Source: Chthoniobacterales bacterium (GTDB lineage: Bacteria; Verrucomicrobiota; Verrucomicrobiia; Chthoniobacterales; Chthoniobacteraceae). Taken from it: DNA of 64,000 bases. The position numbers and the translations under genes are program-made. The notes beneath the pieces were generated by a model that did no database searches, was not told where the DNA came from, and saw only the letters and a program-made list of their open reading frames with translations. The first letter of the stretch is position 1. The number at the start of each line of letters is the position of its first letter. Shown in pieces: positions 27,781-38,848 of this stretch. The stretch is from contig JBBQZX010000026.1 in NCBI GenBank assembly GCA_038207335.1, positions 1 to 64,000 of the forward strand. Reading direction: 5' to 3'.

Positions 27781-28488
27781 TCAGCGCGCGGCGACCGCGA
27801 TTGCCGGCTTGGCCGGGCCAAATCGCTGCGTTTGCACGGCGTCGGCGATCGCGCCGGCGAGCTTTTCCCGGTAGCTGCCGACCGAGCATCGGCGGCCCTC
27901 CGCGGGATTGCTGAGGTATCCGCACTCGACGAGGACCGCCGGGAATTCGTTCAGTTTCAGCACGCGGAAATTTGCGAGCCGGATGCCGCGCGACGACGCA
28001 CCCGGCACTGCCGAAACGCTCGCGAGAATCCGTCGCGCGAGATCGTGCGAGGCGGGCGATTTGTAATAGACCTCCGTGCCATGGATCGCGCGCGCCGGAG
28101 AGTCGTTGAAGTGGATGCTCACAAAAATCGCGTTATTCTGCCGATTCGAGATGCGGGCGCGCTGGTTGAGTTCGATGAATTCATCCCGACTTCGAGTGAG
28201 CACAGTGCGAAACCCATCCGCGCGCAACTTCACATCTAGCTGCCGTGCAACTTCCAGTGTCGCGTCCTTCTCTGCGCCGCTCCACCGTGACCGCGTGCCT
28301 GAGTCATGCCCGCCGTGACCGGCATCGATGACGACGGTGTGAAAAGTGTGGCTCGTGTCCTTCACCTGCGTCCCCGCGCAACCGCTCATCAGCGCCGCGC
28401 CGAGCATCGCTAATGCGAGGGCGAGGCGGCTCCGCTTGCTATCGCCGGATGCGTCCGGGATCTTCGCTGCGATGATCGATGGCTTCAT
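27781..28488 (-). CDS. N-acetylmuramoyl-L-alanine amidase (Amidase_3), probable lipoprotein
   Basis: [28 protein letters not shown]; lipobox LMSGC. Start uncertain. Confidence 0.92.
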   Translation of the reverse strand: MKPSIIAAKIPDASGDSKRSRLALALAMLGAALMSGCAGTQVKDTSHTFHTVVIDAGHGGHDSGTRSRWSGAEKDATLEVARQLDVKLRADGFRTVLTRSRDEFIELNQRARISNRQNNAIFVSIHFNDSPARAIHGTEVYYKSPASHDLARRILASVSAVPGASSRGIRLANFRVLKLNEFPAVLVECGYLSNPAEGRRCSVGSYREKLAGAIADAVQTQRFGPAKPAIAVAAR

Positions 28489-28495
28489 TTTCAGG

Positions 28496-30709
28496 ATGTG
28501 GAAATTTGCGGTCTTACTCATCGCAGCCGCGATAGCATGTCAAGCGGTCGAACCCGCAAAGCCCATGAATACAGCATCTCCAGCCGCCCACACGAATCAT
28601 CTCGCGGGCGAGAAGTCGCCGTATCTCCTTCAACACGCGCAAAATCCTGTCGATTGGTATCCGTGGGGGCCGGAGGCCTTTGACAAGGCGCGCCGGGAGG
28701 AAAAGCCGATCTTTCTCTCGGTCGGATATTCGACCTGCCATTGGTGCCACGTCATGGCGCACGAGTCATTTGAAAACCCGGAAACCGCGGCGCTGATGAA
28801 CGAGAGCTTCGTGAACATCAAAGTGGATCGCGAGGAGCGGCCCGACGTGGATCGTGTTTACATGACTTTCGTGCAGGCAACGACAGGCGGCGGCGGCTGG
28901 CCGATGAGCGTTTTTCTCACGCCAGATTTGAAGCCGTTTCTCGGCGGCACCTATTATCCGCCCGAGGATCGTGGCGGGCGCCCGGGTTTCCCGACCGTGC
29001 TAAAACGCATCGCCACAGCGTGGAAAAGCGACCGCAAAAACATCATCGAGCACGGCAACACAGTGGCTGAGCAGCTCCGTGAATATGCGGGCGCGAGCGC
29101 TCCAACGGAGACGCTCGAGGCAAAGGCCGCGATGGCTGCAGCGCTGGATCAGCTCGCGAAATCTTTCGACGATGAGTGGGGCGGCTTTGGCGATGCTCCG
29201 AAATTTCCGCGCCCGGTTGCACTCAATTTTCTCTTCCGCGCTTTTGCTCGTGAGGGCGCCGATTCGCGCGATGGAAAAGCCGCGCTTGGGATGGCGACGG
29301 AGACGCTGAAAAAAATGGCTGAGGGCGGGATGCACGATCATCTCGGAGGCGGATTTCACCGCTACTCAGTCGATCGTTTCTGGCACATCCCGCACTTTGA
29401 AAAAATGCTCTACGATCAGGCGCAACTCGCATCGTCGTATCTCGACGCGTTCCAAATCACACACGCGCCGGACGATAAAAAAGTCGCGCGCGACATTCTC
29501 GATTACGTGCAGCGTGACATGACGGACAAAGGGGGCGGATTTTACTCCGCAGAGGATGCCGACTCGATTCTGGAGCACGGAAAACCGGAGCACGGCGAGG
29601 GTGCGTTCTACGTTTGGACGAAGTCCGAAATCGACCGCGTGCTCGGCCCCGATGCCGCGTTATTCGATCGTTTCTACGGCGTGGAGCAGGATGGCAACGC
29701 GCCGCGCGGCAGCGATCCGCTCGGCGAATTCAGTGGGAAAAACACGCTCATCCAGCGGCTCACGGTCGCCGATGCGGCGAAGCTGTTTCGGAAGTCGGAG
29801 GAGGAGATTTCCAAGTCGCTCGCGGAGAGCCGGAAGAAGCTCTTCGACGTGCGCGTGAAGCGTCCTCGGCCGCATCTCGACGACAAGATCATCACGTCGT
29901 GGAATGGGCTGATGATCTCCGCTTTTGCCCGCGCGGCGCAGATTCTCGAAGACCCGCGGTATCTCGAATCGGCGCAGCGCTCGGCGAAATTCATCCGCGA
30001 GAATCTGTGGAAAGGTGGCGCGCTGCTCCGCAGTTTTCGCGACGGTGCCGGCGATGTCGGCGGATTTGCGGACGACTACGCGGCGCTGACCCAAGGGCTG
30101 CTTGATTTGTATGAAGCCGACTTCGATGTCGCGTGGCTGCAATGGGCGATGGAGCTTCAGAAAAAGCAGGACGAGCTTTTCCTCGACAAGAAAAACGGCG
30201 GCTACTTTGGCGTGCAGGCGGACGCGCCGCACATCCTCATTCGCATGAAAGAGGACTACGATGGCGCGGAGCCTTCGCCGAATTCCATAGCCGCGATGAA
30301 CCTCCTGCACCTCGCACAAATCACCTCCGATTCCGCGCTCCACGAGCGCGCGATGAAAACCATCGGAGCCTTTGCCGATCAGCTTTCCCGGGCGCCGACC
30401 GCGCTGCCGCAGATGCTTTGCGCCGTCGATGCGTCGCTTTCAAAGCCGAGGCAAATCGTGATTGCCGGAGCGCGTGACGACGCGGGGACGCACGCGCTTT
30501 TGCGTGAAGTCCACGCGCACTACATCCCGAACAAACTCGTCCTTTTCGCGGACGGTGGCGCGGGGCAGAAGTGGCTCGGCGAGCGGCTGGAATTCATCCA
30601 GACCGTCGCACCGATCGACGGAAAATCGGCGGCGTATGTTTGCGAGAATTTCGTCTGCCAGCTCCCGACGACGGACGCGGAAAAGCTCCGCGAGCTGCTG
30701 TCCAAGTAG
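28496..30709 (+). CDS. Thioredoxin-domain protein (YyaL/DUF255, SPATA20-like)
   Basis: [42 protein letters not shown]. Confidence 0.95.
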   Translation: MWKFAVLLIAAAIACQAVEPAKPMNTASPAAHTNHLAGEKSPYLLQHAQNPVDWYPWGPEAFDKARREEKPIFLSVGYSTCHWCHVMAHESFENPETAALMNESFVNIKVDREERPDVDRVYMTFVQATTGGGGWPMSVFLTPDLKPFLGGTYYPPEDRGGRPGFPTVLKRIATAWKSDRKNIIEHGNTVAEQLREYAGASAPTETLEAKAAMAAALDQLAKSFDDEWGGFGDAPKFPRPVALNFLFRAFAREGADSRDGKAALGMATETLKKMAEGGMHDHLGGGFHRYSVDRFWHIPHFEKMLYDQAQLASSYLDAFQITHAPDDKKVARDILDYVQRDMTDKGGGFYSAEDADSILEHGKPEHGEGAFYVWTKSEIDRVLGPDAALFDRFYGVEQDGNAPRGSDPLGEFSGKNTLIQRLTVADAAKLFRKSEEEISKSLAESRKKLFDVRVKRPRPHLDDKIITSWNGLMISAFARAAQILEDPRYLESAQRSAKFIRENLWKGGALLRSFRDGAGDVGGFADDYAALTQGLLDLYEADFDVAWLQWAMELQKKQDELFLDKKNGGYFGVQADAPHILIRMKEDYDGAEPSPNSIAAMNLLHLAQITSDSALHERAMKTIGAFADQLSRAPTALPQMLCAVDASLSKPRQIVIAGARDDAGTHALLREVHAHYIPNKLVLFADGGAGQKWLGERLEFIQTVAPIDGKSAAYVCENFVCQLPTTDAEKLRELLSK

Positions 30710-30726
30710 CTGAGTCCAGTGCGCGG

Positions 30727-31668
30727 CTACCGCGGCGGACCGCCGACGTAGTTCACGCTCGCCGCGACTTTCAGAGCGGTCGCCGCGCCGTCCTCGATTT
30801 GCGGCGCGCCGAGGAATGTCCGATAAAACAAGACGCCCGCGTTTTTCAGGGCGCCGGTGACTGCGGGTTTTCCGCGGATGATCGGCACAGCAGCCGCGTA
30901 ACTGAGCAGAGGGATGCGACGCGGTGCCTCACCCTGCACACCCGCGATCACGATTTGCGGCGTGATATTCAAAATGAGCGCGCCTCCTGCCAGCTCAGCG
31001 CTCAACCGCAGCTCCGTCCCCGCCGCGCTCCACGCGGGCTCCGAATTGTCGATCGCGTGCGACTTTAGTGCCAGCGCCCGGAGCGCACCGATATCCGTGA
31101 CCTCCCGGACCACCGGCACATCGACTGGCTTGCCGACCACTAGCGATGCTGAGACCCGCCGCGCGACTGCGTTCTCCTGCCGCCGTTCCACAATCTCGGA
31201 CCCCACATCCGAGCCGACCGGGCGCGGACGGTCGAAATGCGGTGTGCTCGGGATGACCGTCACGCCACCCGATCCGTTCGCGATGATACGCGGCGGATCG
31301 TATCGCGAGGGCACCGGGATTCCCGTCTCCTCCGATGGCGTACGCGGCGCGGGACGCCGCACCGTGCGCTCCGTGAACGTGAGGAAATTCAACTCGACCG
31401 GCACGAGTGCGGGGGCCATTTCCAACTGCGTGAGCACGCGCCGGGCGGCCTCGATATTCGCGGGCGTGTCCGTGATACGCACCGGCCCATCGACACTCAC
31501 GTATCGAAATGTCCCCTGCGGTGAAAGTGCCTTGCGGACCGCAGGCGCAACCCAGCCGAGCGGCAGAAATCCGACCTGCACGTCCTCCGTTCGCACGGGT
31601 GCCGCCCCGTTTCCGGCCACCGTCAGGCTGCAGAGAGCGGACGCGAGCAGCAGCGGGAGCGCATTCAT
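30727..31668 (-). CDS. Secreted hypothetical protein
   Basis: Signal-peptide-like MNALPLLLASALCSLTVAG; long ORF with coding-like composition. Confidence 0.6.
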   Translation of the reverse strand: MNALPLLLASALCSLTVAGNGAAPVRTEDVQVGFLPLGWVAPAVRKALSPQGTFRYVSVDGPVRITDTPANIEAARRVLTQLEMAPALVPVELNFLTFTERTVRRPAPRTPSEETGIPVPSRYDPPRIIANGSGGVTVIPSTPHFDRPRPVGSDVGSEIVERRQENAVARRVSASLVVGKPVDVPVVREVTDIGALRALALKSHAIDNSEPAWSAAGTELRLSAELAGGALILNITPQIVIAGVQGEAPRRIPLLSYAAAVPIIRGKPAVTGALKNAGVLFYRTFLGAPQIEDGAATALKVAASVNYVGGPPR

Positions 31669-31829
31669 CCGTGAAGGTTTCGTCATCGCGCCGCGTCGGT
31701 CAAATTTCGAAGTCAGACTCACTCAGCTTGCCGATGGGAAGAGTTGTATCACGGCTCGGAGCTCGCGGTTGCAACGGAGCTTGTGCTTTTCCCGGTTGCC
31801 GGGCAGAAAACCGCTCCCCAATCCCCATT

Positions 31830-32582
31830 ATGAAATCCCACGCGTTCGTCGTTGCCTCATGTCTCCTCACTGCCGTCGCTTTTGCGGCGGAGCCGCCCGC
31901 AATCCCTGCGGAGCCGATCGCGAAAAAGAAGGAGCTGCTTTTCTCGGATGATTTCGAGGGGACGACGACGGATAAGCGGTGGCATAAGGTGGTGGCGACT
32001 TTCGCGGTGGAAAATGGGGCGTTGAAGGGGACGCAGACGCGGACGGAGAATGTGCCGGCGACCGATGGCAAGCCGGAAGTGACGGCGCATGCGGCCGTGC
32101 ATGGGCTGGAGCTGCCGACGAAGAATAGTGTGGTGGAGGTGAAGATTCGCTTCGAAGGAGCATCGATGATCGATGTGGAGTTCGACGACCGCGCTTTTAC
32201 CGGATCGCACTACGGGCATCTGTGCCGGGCGCAGGTGCGGCTGGACAAGGTGACGATCGTCGATGAGCGGGACGGCTCGCAGAGCAATGCGCTGATCGAG
32301 TTGAAGAAGGATGCGGTGGCGAACAAGGCGGCAATCGGCAAGCTGTATGCGGAGCACAGCGCGAGTTTCCCGGCGAAGTTGGAGGCGGGGAAATGGTATA
32401 CGATGGGGGTGGAGGTGGCGGGGGATGAGATGCGGGTGACGATCGATGGGAAGCCGGCGGGGTTCTTGAAGTCGGCGGGGATTGGCCATGAGACGAAGTC
32501 GAAGATCGAGCTGGGAGTGGCGGGGCACGATGGGCTTTTCGACGATATAAAGGTCTGGAACGCAGAGCCGGTGAAACCCTAA
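31830..32582 (+). CDS. Secreted ConA-like beta-sandwich protein
   Basis: Signal peptide; LLFSDDFE...VENGALKG...GKWY...VTIDGK...FDDIKVW. Confidence 0.75.
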   Translation: MKSHAFVVASCLLTAVAFAAEPPAIPAEPIAKKKELLFSDDFEGTTTDKRWHKVVATFAVENGALKGTQTRTENVPATDGKPEVTAHAAVHGLELPTKNSVVEVKIRFEGASMIDVEFDDRAFTGSHYGHLCRAQVRLDKVTIVDERDGSQSNALIELKKDAVANKAAIGKLYAEHSASFPAKLEAGKWYTMGVEVAGDEMRVTIDGKPAGFLKSAGIGHETKSKIELGVAGHDGLFDDIKVWNAEPVKP

Positions 32583-32606
32583 GGCGCACTTTTTCCTCTC
32601 ACTGTC

Positions 32607-33506
32607 ATGAATATCCAGACTCGCCGCAGTTTCCTCGGGCTCACTCTCGCCGCGCTGCCGGGTTCCGCGCTGTTATCTTCTGCTAGCCGCCTCCTCGGCG
32701 CGGATTCGGCTGCGAAGCCGGACTCGAAATTTGCCGGAGTGCAGATCGGAATCAATGTGCCCTACAGCTTCGCGAATGCGAAGATGAGCGGAGACGAGAT
32801 TTTAAAAGATGTCGTGCAGCTCGGGCTGAGCGGGGTGGAGCTGCGGACGCAGCCGGTGGAGGCGTTTCTGGGAGCGCCGGAGGGGAAGCGCAGTGACTGG
32901 CGGAAGTCGATGTCGATGGATCGCGTGAAGGAGTTTCGCACGCAATGGGAGACGGCCGGCGTGCTCATCCAGATCGTGAAGGTGGACGGGGTTTTCAAGA
33001 TGTCGGACGACGAAATCGACTACGCTTTCAATCTCGGGAAGGCGCTGGGGGCGCGTGCGCTGTCATCGGAAATCTCGCACACGGAGGCGGAGCTGAAACG
33101 GGTGGGGAGTTTTGCGGACAAACACGAGATGCTGATCGGGTATCACGGACACGGAACGACGAAGCCGGAGGATTGGGAGAAGGCGTTTGCTGTAGCGAAA
33201 TACAACGGGGCGAATGTCGATCTCGGGCACTTCGTGGCGGGAAACAACACGTCGCCGGTGCCGTTCCTGAAGAAGTATCACGAGCGGGTGACGCATGTGC
33301 ATTTGAAGGATCGGAAGTTCAACAACGGGCCTAATACGCCGTTTGGGGAAGGGGATACGCCGATCGTGGAGGTGCTGCGGCTGATCCGGGATGAGAAGTG
33401 GCCGATTCAGGGGACGATCGAGTTTGAATACAAGGTGCCACCGGGCTCGGACCGGATGAAGGAGATCGCGCGGGCGATCAATTACTGCCGCGAAGCACTG
33501 GTGTAA
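32607..33506 (+). CDS. Tat-exported sugar phosphate isomerase/epimerase (TIM barrel)
   Basis: TRRSFL Tat motif; YHGH, DLGH, HLKD, IEFEY metal ligands. Confidence 0.88.
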   Translation: MNIQTRRSFLGLTLAALPGSALLSSASRLLGADSAAKPDSKFAGVQIGINVPYSFANAKMSGDEILKDVVQLGLSGVELRTQPVEAFLGAPEGKRSDWRKSMSMDRVKEFRTQWETAGVLIQIVKVDGVFKMSDDEIDYAFNLGKALGARALSSEISHTEAELKRVGSFADKHEMLIGYHGHGTTKPEDWEKAFAVAKYNGANVDLGHFVAGNNTSPVPFLKKYHERVTHVHLKDRKFNNGPNTPFGEGDTPIVEVLRLIRDEKWPIQGTIEFEYKVPPGSDRMKEIARAINYCREALV

Positions 33507-33596
33507 TTTTCGCCGCGGGCTGGAGGCTCTCGCGGCAGATGAGCGTTTTGAGCGCGTTCGCGCCAAAGCGAATCGATCGCGGTGCTGCAGATTTTT

Positions 33597-33621
33597 TGTA
33601 ACCTCGTCTGCGCCGCTCGTC
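33597..33621 (+). promoter_or_regulatory. Possible ECF-sigma promoter (TGTAAC-N15-CGTC) upstream of the kinase-ECF operon
   Basis: AAC/CGT ECF-type elements ending 13 bp before the ATG; spacing slightly short. Confidence 0.35.
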
Positions 33622-33634
33622 AGGAAGCGGGTGT

Positions 33635-36445
33635 ATGCAAAACTCTCCCGAAATTTGTCCGCACTGCCGCGCGCCGATTCCCGCCGATGCGCCGGGCGGC
33701 TTGTGCCCGTCATGTGTGCTGTTCGCCGCGGCGCAAACTGGCGATGCAGGCCCAGCCGGCACTGCTCCGACGCTGGAGGAAATCAGCGCGGCCTTTCCTG
33801 AACTTGAGATCCGCGAACTGCTAGGGCTCGGCGGCATGGGCGTCGTGTTTCAGGCACGCCAGCCGCGACTCGAGCGGCTCGTCGCGCTGAAGATTCTGCC
33901 GCCGACGCTCGCGCTACAGCCGGGCTTTGCCGAGCGCTTCACGCGTGAGGCGCGGGCGCTGGCGCGGCTTAATCATCCGCACATCGTAGCGGTGTACGAT
34001 TTCGGAGAACGTGCCGGTTTTTACTACCTGTTGATGGAGTATGTGAACGGCGTGAATCTGCGGCAGGCGATGCGCGTGGGCGTGACGCCGGAGCAGGCAT
34101 TGTTGCTCGTGCCGCGCATCTGCGAGGCGCTGCAATTTGCGCACGACCACGGTGTGTTGCATCGCGATATCAAGCCGGAAAATATCCTGCTCAGCACCAA
34201 TGGCGTGCCGAAGCTCGCCGATTTCGGCATCGCGAAAATCGCCGGCGAAGTGGCTGGCGTCACCGGGCTCACGGCCAGCGGCGCGCAGCTCGGTACGGCG
34301 GCTTACATGGCTCCCGAACAGATCGAACATCCCTCGACGGTCGATCACCGCGCGGACATCTACAGCCTCGGCGTGGTGCTTTACGAAATGCTGACGGGAG
34401 AACTCCCGCTCGGTCGATTTGCGGCGCCTTCGGCAAGATCGGCAGTCGGACCAGACGTGGACGACGTGGTCCTGCGCGCGCTGGAAAAAGAGCGCGAGCT
34501 CCGCCAGCAAAGCGCCACGGAGATGAAGACCGAGGTCGAGCACGCGAGCGCGGACGAAAAGAAGCGCACGCCCGCGTTGCCCTTGATGCAGTTGCCGTCG
34601 AGAGACCTCCCGTGGTCGCGTGCAGCGATGTGGGGCGCAGCGCTCGTCGCGGCCAGCATCCCCGTTGGCGGCATCATCGGCGCGATCGTTCGCAGCATCG
34701 TGAATCCATCCATCGACAGCGGGAGCCAGCTCAATGGCCCGATGGCAGGCAACATAATCATCTTCGGCTTCGTCTTCGGGCTCGCTGGCACGATTCTCGG
34801 CTGGAAGGCCGTGAGTGATGTGCGCTATCACCGCGGCCAACTTCGCGGCGGCGGCACGGCAGTTTTTGCGTCGCTCGCGCTGCCGGTGCTCGCGTTGCTA
34901 GTGACGGTCTTCGCAAATTTCACCGACATCCAGAAGGCGATCAGTCCCGGCGAGGATCGTCTGGCCGGCACCATCGTCGCCATCCTGGCCGTCATTGCTG
35001 CTTTGATCGCCTCCATTTTCGCCGTGAAGGCCTTGTGGAGTTCCGTCCACGGCGGCCCGATAGGCGGGCCGCTGCGGCGGGACTTTGGATTGCGAGGAGA
35101 GGACGTTAGCGCCTCGCAAGTCGGGCATTTTCCCAGCACTTCCCCGGCCGCCGGGAACATCTGGTCGCACCGGCTGCTCTTCCTGATCATCGGGCTGGTG
35201 GCGCTGCCATTCGTCGCCATCATGGTGTCATTGATCGCGTGGCGGCTCACTAACTTGAGCAACGAACTCGGTGCAATGCAGAGCCGGATGCTGATGACGG
35301 GCTTCGCGCTTCTCCCCCTCCTCATCGGCGCGACGATCTGGTTTCTCTATCGCCGCACCCGCCCGCGGCCTCCGGCGCCGGGCGAAGCCGCGCTTCTGAG
35401 TCCATGGCCGAAGCGCATTTTCCTGCTCATCGTGGCACTCGTGGTCGTGCCCGTCGCCTTCATCCTGCTTTGGCTCGTTGTCCCCTATTTTGCAATGCGA
35501 GGCGCTCCGATGCCGACGACGACCATGCCCGTGGACGCCGCTTCGGTGGACGTGCATTACGGCAAGCCCGATCCCAGCGCCCCGGGCGTGCACAAAGTCA
35601 CGCTCAATTCCCGCACGCCCTACGGATGGGTCACCGATTTTTCCTTTCGCATCCGTGACGAGAAAGGCGAACGCGAGTTGCCCGCTGCAAGCGAGATCGT
35701 CGCCCAACCGCAGGCATCCCAATCTCGCCATGCAGCGGAGGGAAATGGCGAGGTGGAGTTGGCATACTCCGTCCGCGATATGAAAGACGGGTACTTTCGA
35801 CTCGACGCCAAAGTGAGCAGGGGCCACGCCGACCTGGTTTCCAGCGGATTTTCGAGTTCTACTCCTTTCCAGTGGGCGGCAAGTCCGGCGCGAACCGAGG
35901 CTTACGGCTTCCAAATCGCCGCAACGCCATTGCGAGTCGCCTTCCTCCGCGGGCTGCCCTCCGCAGCCGAAGGTGCGACCAAGCCCGAAGCGGAAATGTT
36001 CATCATGGTGAAATCCCGCCCGATGAACGTCCGCGAGAAGTCCGAAGGTTTCCGGGTATTCAACGGCGAGGATCGCTTTGAAAAACTCATCCCCTTGCGA
36101 GTGCGGCAGGACGAAGCCATCCAGCGCACCGAACAGCAGCTCGATGAAACCCGCGCGCGCATCAAGGCTGGCATTCCGACCACGAAGTCGTTGAAAACCG
36201 CGGAAATGGACCTCGCCATCGCCGAAGCCCGCGGCGACGAAGTGAAGATCGCGGAAACACGAGTGAAATTTGCGACGTTGGAACTCTCCCTCGCGAAAGC
36301 GGAGGTAGAAGCAGGTAAGAAGGCTCCATCCGTGGCGCTCGAAGCGGAACAGGTGCTCAACGCCGCGCGTCTGCAACTTGAGCAAGCACGCAAAAAATTC
36401 CGCGTAGCAGATGACGCTGCTTTGGAAAGGCCGACCGCCAGATGA
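33635..36445 (+). CDS. Membrane Ser/Thr protein kinase with N-terminal Zn ribbon
   Basis: CPHC...CPSC, GLGGMG, VALK, HRDIKPEN, DFG, YMAPE; multiple TM helices; coiled-coil C-terminus. Confidence 0.95.
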   Translation: MQNSPEICPHCRAPIPADAPGGLCPSCVLFAAAQTGDAGPAGTAPTLEEISAAFPELEIRELLGLGGMGVVFQARQPRLERLVALKILPPTLALQPGFAERFTREARALARLNHPHIVAVYDFGERAGFYYLLMEYVNGVNLRQAMRVGVTPEQALLLVPRICEALQFAHDHGVLHRDIKPENILLSTNGVPKLADFGIAKIAGEVAGVTGLTASGAQLGTAAYMAPEQIEHPSTVDHRADIYSLGVVLYEMLTGELPLGRFAAPSARSAVGPDVDDVVLRALEKERELRQQSATEMKTEVEHASADEKKRTPALPLMQLPSRDLPWSRAAMWGAALVAASIPVGGIIGAIVRSIVNPSIDSGSQLNGPMAGNIIIFGFVFGLAGTILGWKAVSDVRYHRGQLRGGGTAVFASLALPVLALLVTVFANFTDIQKAISPGEDRLAGTIVAILAVIAALIASIFAVKALWSSVHGGPIGGPLRRDFGLRGEDVSASQVGHFPSTSPAAGNIWSHRLLFLIIGLVALPFVAIMVSLIAWRLTNLSNELGAMQSRMLMTGFALLPLLIGATIWFLYRRTRPRPPAPGEAALLSPWPKRIFLLIVALVVVPVAFILLWLVVPYFAMRGAPMPTTTMPVDAASVDVHYGKPDPSAPGVHKVTLNSRTPYGWVTDFSFRIRDEKGERELPAASEIVAQPQASQSRHAAEGNGEVELAYSVRDMKDGYFRLDAKVSRGHADLVSSGFSSSTPFQWAASPARTEAYGFQIAATPLRVAFLRGLPSAAEGATKPEAEMFIMVKSRPMNVREKSEGFRVFNGEDRFEKLIPLRVRQDEAIQRTEQQLDETRARIKAGIPTTKSLKTAEMDLAIAEARGDEVKIAETRVKFATLELSLAKAEVEAGKKAPSVALEAEQVLNAARLQLEQARKKFRVADDAALERPTAR

Positions 36446-37188
36446 ATCCGAGCGCACGCACGTCCGCCTTTGCCGTCACGCGCTGGACCCTCGTTGCGCA
36501 GGCGAAGGGCGATGACGCGGGCGCACGGAACGCACTTAGCGAACTGTGCGCTGCGTATTACGAACCCGTTGTCGCTTTTCTCCGCGCCGAGGGCCGCTCG
36601 GACGATGTCGCGCGCGATCTCGCGCACGGTTTTTTTGCCCGCGTGCTCGCGGGAAAATCGCTCGCTGGTGCGGACTCGGCGCGCGGGCGATTTCGCAGCT
36701 ACCTACTCGGAGCGGTGAAACATTTTCTCGGAAACGAGCGTGCATCTGCCGCGGCGGAGAAGCGCGGAGGCGGCGCGGAACCTGTTCCACTCGAGCGCGA
36801 CGAGTCGGAGGAAAACGACGGAAGCGTCGAAATCCCAGCGCCGCCGGGCGTGCGCGCGGATGAGGCATTCGAGCGCCAGTGGGCGTTGACGATCATCGCA
36901 CGCGCTCTCGAAATCGTCGGAGATGAGATGCGCGCGGCGGGGAAGAGGGCGCATTTCGACACGCTCAAGCCGTGGCTCGTCGGCTCAGGCGCCGATACGC
37001 CTGCGCTTTCGCAATTGACCGTTGCGCAAGCACTGGGGCTGAGCGAGGGCGCGGTGAAGGTCGCGATACACCGTCTTCGCCAGCGTTTTCGCGCAGCGGT
37101 GAAATCCGAGATCGCGCAGACCGTCCCCGCGGATGCGGATGTGGACGACGAACTGAATCATCTCGTCGCGGTGCTCGTTCGCGGGTAG
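36442..37188 (+). CDS. ECF RNA polymerase sigma factor (kinase-associated type)
   Basis: FAVTRWTLV, YYEPV, ARDL, GRFRSYL, SEGAVKVAIHRLRQR; ATGA overlap with the kinase. Confidence 0.9.
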   Translation: MNPSARTSAFAVTRWTLVAQAKGDDAGARNALSELCAAYYEPVVAFLRAEGRSDDVARDLAHGFFARVLAGKSLAGADSARGRFRSYLLGAVKHFLGNERASAAAEKRGGGAEPVPLERDESEENDGSVEIPAPPGVRADEAFERQWALTIIARALEIVGDEMRAAGKRAHFDTLKPWLVGSGADTPALSQLTVAQALGLSEGAVKVAIHRLRQRFRAAVKSEIAQTVPADADVDDELNHLVAVLVRG

Positions 37189-37277
37189 CGATAACGAAGA
37201 TCGTCGGCTAACGGTTGCACGATACAACACGACCGATCATGCCAATGATCCACGCAGATCGGTCGCACGGTATATTG

Positions 37278-37658
37278 CTACTTCCCCTTCACGATCGTCG
37301 GCACGAAATCCACGACGATCGCGCTGTCGAGAATCGGGCCGAGCAGCGCAACGAATGCCTTGTGCGCCGGGTGCACTAGATACGCATCGCGGTCGGCGGC
37401 GTTCTTGAAGGTCGCGATCCAGCAATGCGTGTAGCCCTCGTCGTGGCCTTCAGTGCTCACGTTTGTGCCATATTCCAGCGACTCGACGACCGGGATCTTC
37501 CCGCCAAGCGCGGCGAATTCATCGACGATCTGTTTCACCTGCTCCGCCGTGGCGTCGGCTTTGAATTTGAAATGAACGACGTGTCGGATGGGACCGTCGG
37601 CGGCGAGAGCTGAGGCTGATATCATGGCGATGGCGGCGAGGAGGGTGAGGAATTTCAT
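37278..37658 (-). CDS. Dabb family stress-responsive A/B barrel protein
   Basis: IRHVVHFKFK, YGTNVS, GYTH, YLVHPAH; signal peptide. Confidence 0.9.
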   Translation of the reverse strand: MKFLTLLAAIAMISASALAADGPIRHVVHFKFKADATAEQVKQIVDEFAALGGKIPVVESLEYGTNVSTEGHDEGYTHCWIATFKNAADRDAYLVHPAHKAFVALLGPILDSAIVVDFVPTIVKGK

Positions 37659-37748
37659 GGAGCAGGTGTTGCGGGAAGCCGTTCCGCTGGCAAGGCATTC
37701 CGCGATACTCCGAAACTTCGATGTTCGTCGTTCGCCATTCGATGCTCG

Positions 37749-38786
37749 ATGCTTCCACACGTGCAACATCTCACCGCCATCCCCGCTACTGACCCGCTCG
37801 AAATCTACCGCGCCCGCGACGGCATTTATGGCGTCGATCTCCTCGCCGCCGGTATCGCGCATCTCGATTTTTTCACATGGCTCGCCGATCACCCAGCGAC
37901 GCTCGGTTCGCTGTGCGCGCATTTTGAAATCAAAGTTCGCCCCGCGGACGTGATGCTCACGCTCTTCACCGCGATGGGTCTGGTGACACAGGCGGGCGGC
38001 TGCTTTCACCTCACGCTCCGCGCACGCGAGCATCTCGTCGCCGGCTCGCAGTGGTATCTCGCGCCCTACTACGCCGCGTTGAAAGACCGTCCGCAAACGC
38101 TCGACATGCTGCGCGTCCTGCGCACCGGCAAGCCCGCGAACTGGGGCAGCTACGACGCAGACGCATGGGCGCAGGCGATGGAAAAACCCGAGTTCGCGGC
38201 GCAGTTCACCGCCGCGATGGACTGCCGCGGCGTCTACCTCGGACAGGCGCTCGCGAAAAAGGTGGACCTCTCGGAGAGCCGTGCGCTGCTCGATATCGCG
38301 GGCGGCTCAGGCATCTACGCGTGCTCACTCGCCGCGCATTTTCCCGAGTTGCGCGCTACCGTTTTCGAGAAGCGGCCTGTCGATCGCATCGCCCGCGAAG
38401 CCATTGCGAGACAGGGTTGCAGCGAGCGCGTCGATGTGGTCGCGGGCGACATGTTCGCGTGCGAGCTGCCCGGCGGCTTCGACACGCATCTCATCTCGAA
38501 TGTCCTTCACGATTGGGACGAGCCGGTGGTCCGCGACCTCCTCGCGAAATCTCACCGCGCACTCGGGCCAGGCGGTTTGCTCGTCGTCCACGACTGCCAC
38601 ATCAACAAAGAAAAGACTGGCCCGCTACCGGTCGCGAACTACTCCGCGCTGCTGATGCACTCGACTGAGGGCAAATGCTATTCGCTCGGTGAAATGGCCA
38701 CGTATCTCAACGACGCCGGATTCGAGTGGATCAAATTCGAACCGACTGCTGCCGACCGTAGCTTCATTCTTTCGAGGAAAATCTGA
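37749..38786 (+). CDS. SAM-dependent O-methyltransferase
   Basis: N-terminal dimerisation region; LDIAGGSG, AGDMF, SNVLHDW. Confidence 0.9.
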   Translation: MLPHVQHLTAIPATDPLEIYRARDGIYGVDLLAAGIAHLDFFTWLADHPATLGSLCAHFEIKVRPADVMLTLFTAMGLVTQAGGCFHLTLRAREHLVAGSQWYLAPYYAALKDRPQTLDMLRVLRTGKPANWGSYDADAWAQAMEKPEFAAQFTAAMDCRGVYLGQALAKKVDLSESRALLDIAGGSGIYACSLAAHFPELRATVFEKRPVDRIAREAIARQGCSERVDVVAGDMFACELPGGFDTHLISNVLHDWDEPVVRDLLAKSHRALGPGGLLVVHDCHINKEKTGPLPVANYSALLMHSTEGKCYSLGEMATYLNDAGFEWIKFEPTAADRSFILSRKI

Positions 38787-38848
38787 GACGCGCCCGGCTC
38801 TTGATCTTCCATCCAAGCCGAATGACTCTCCCGCTACTGATCCACCGT

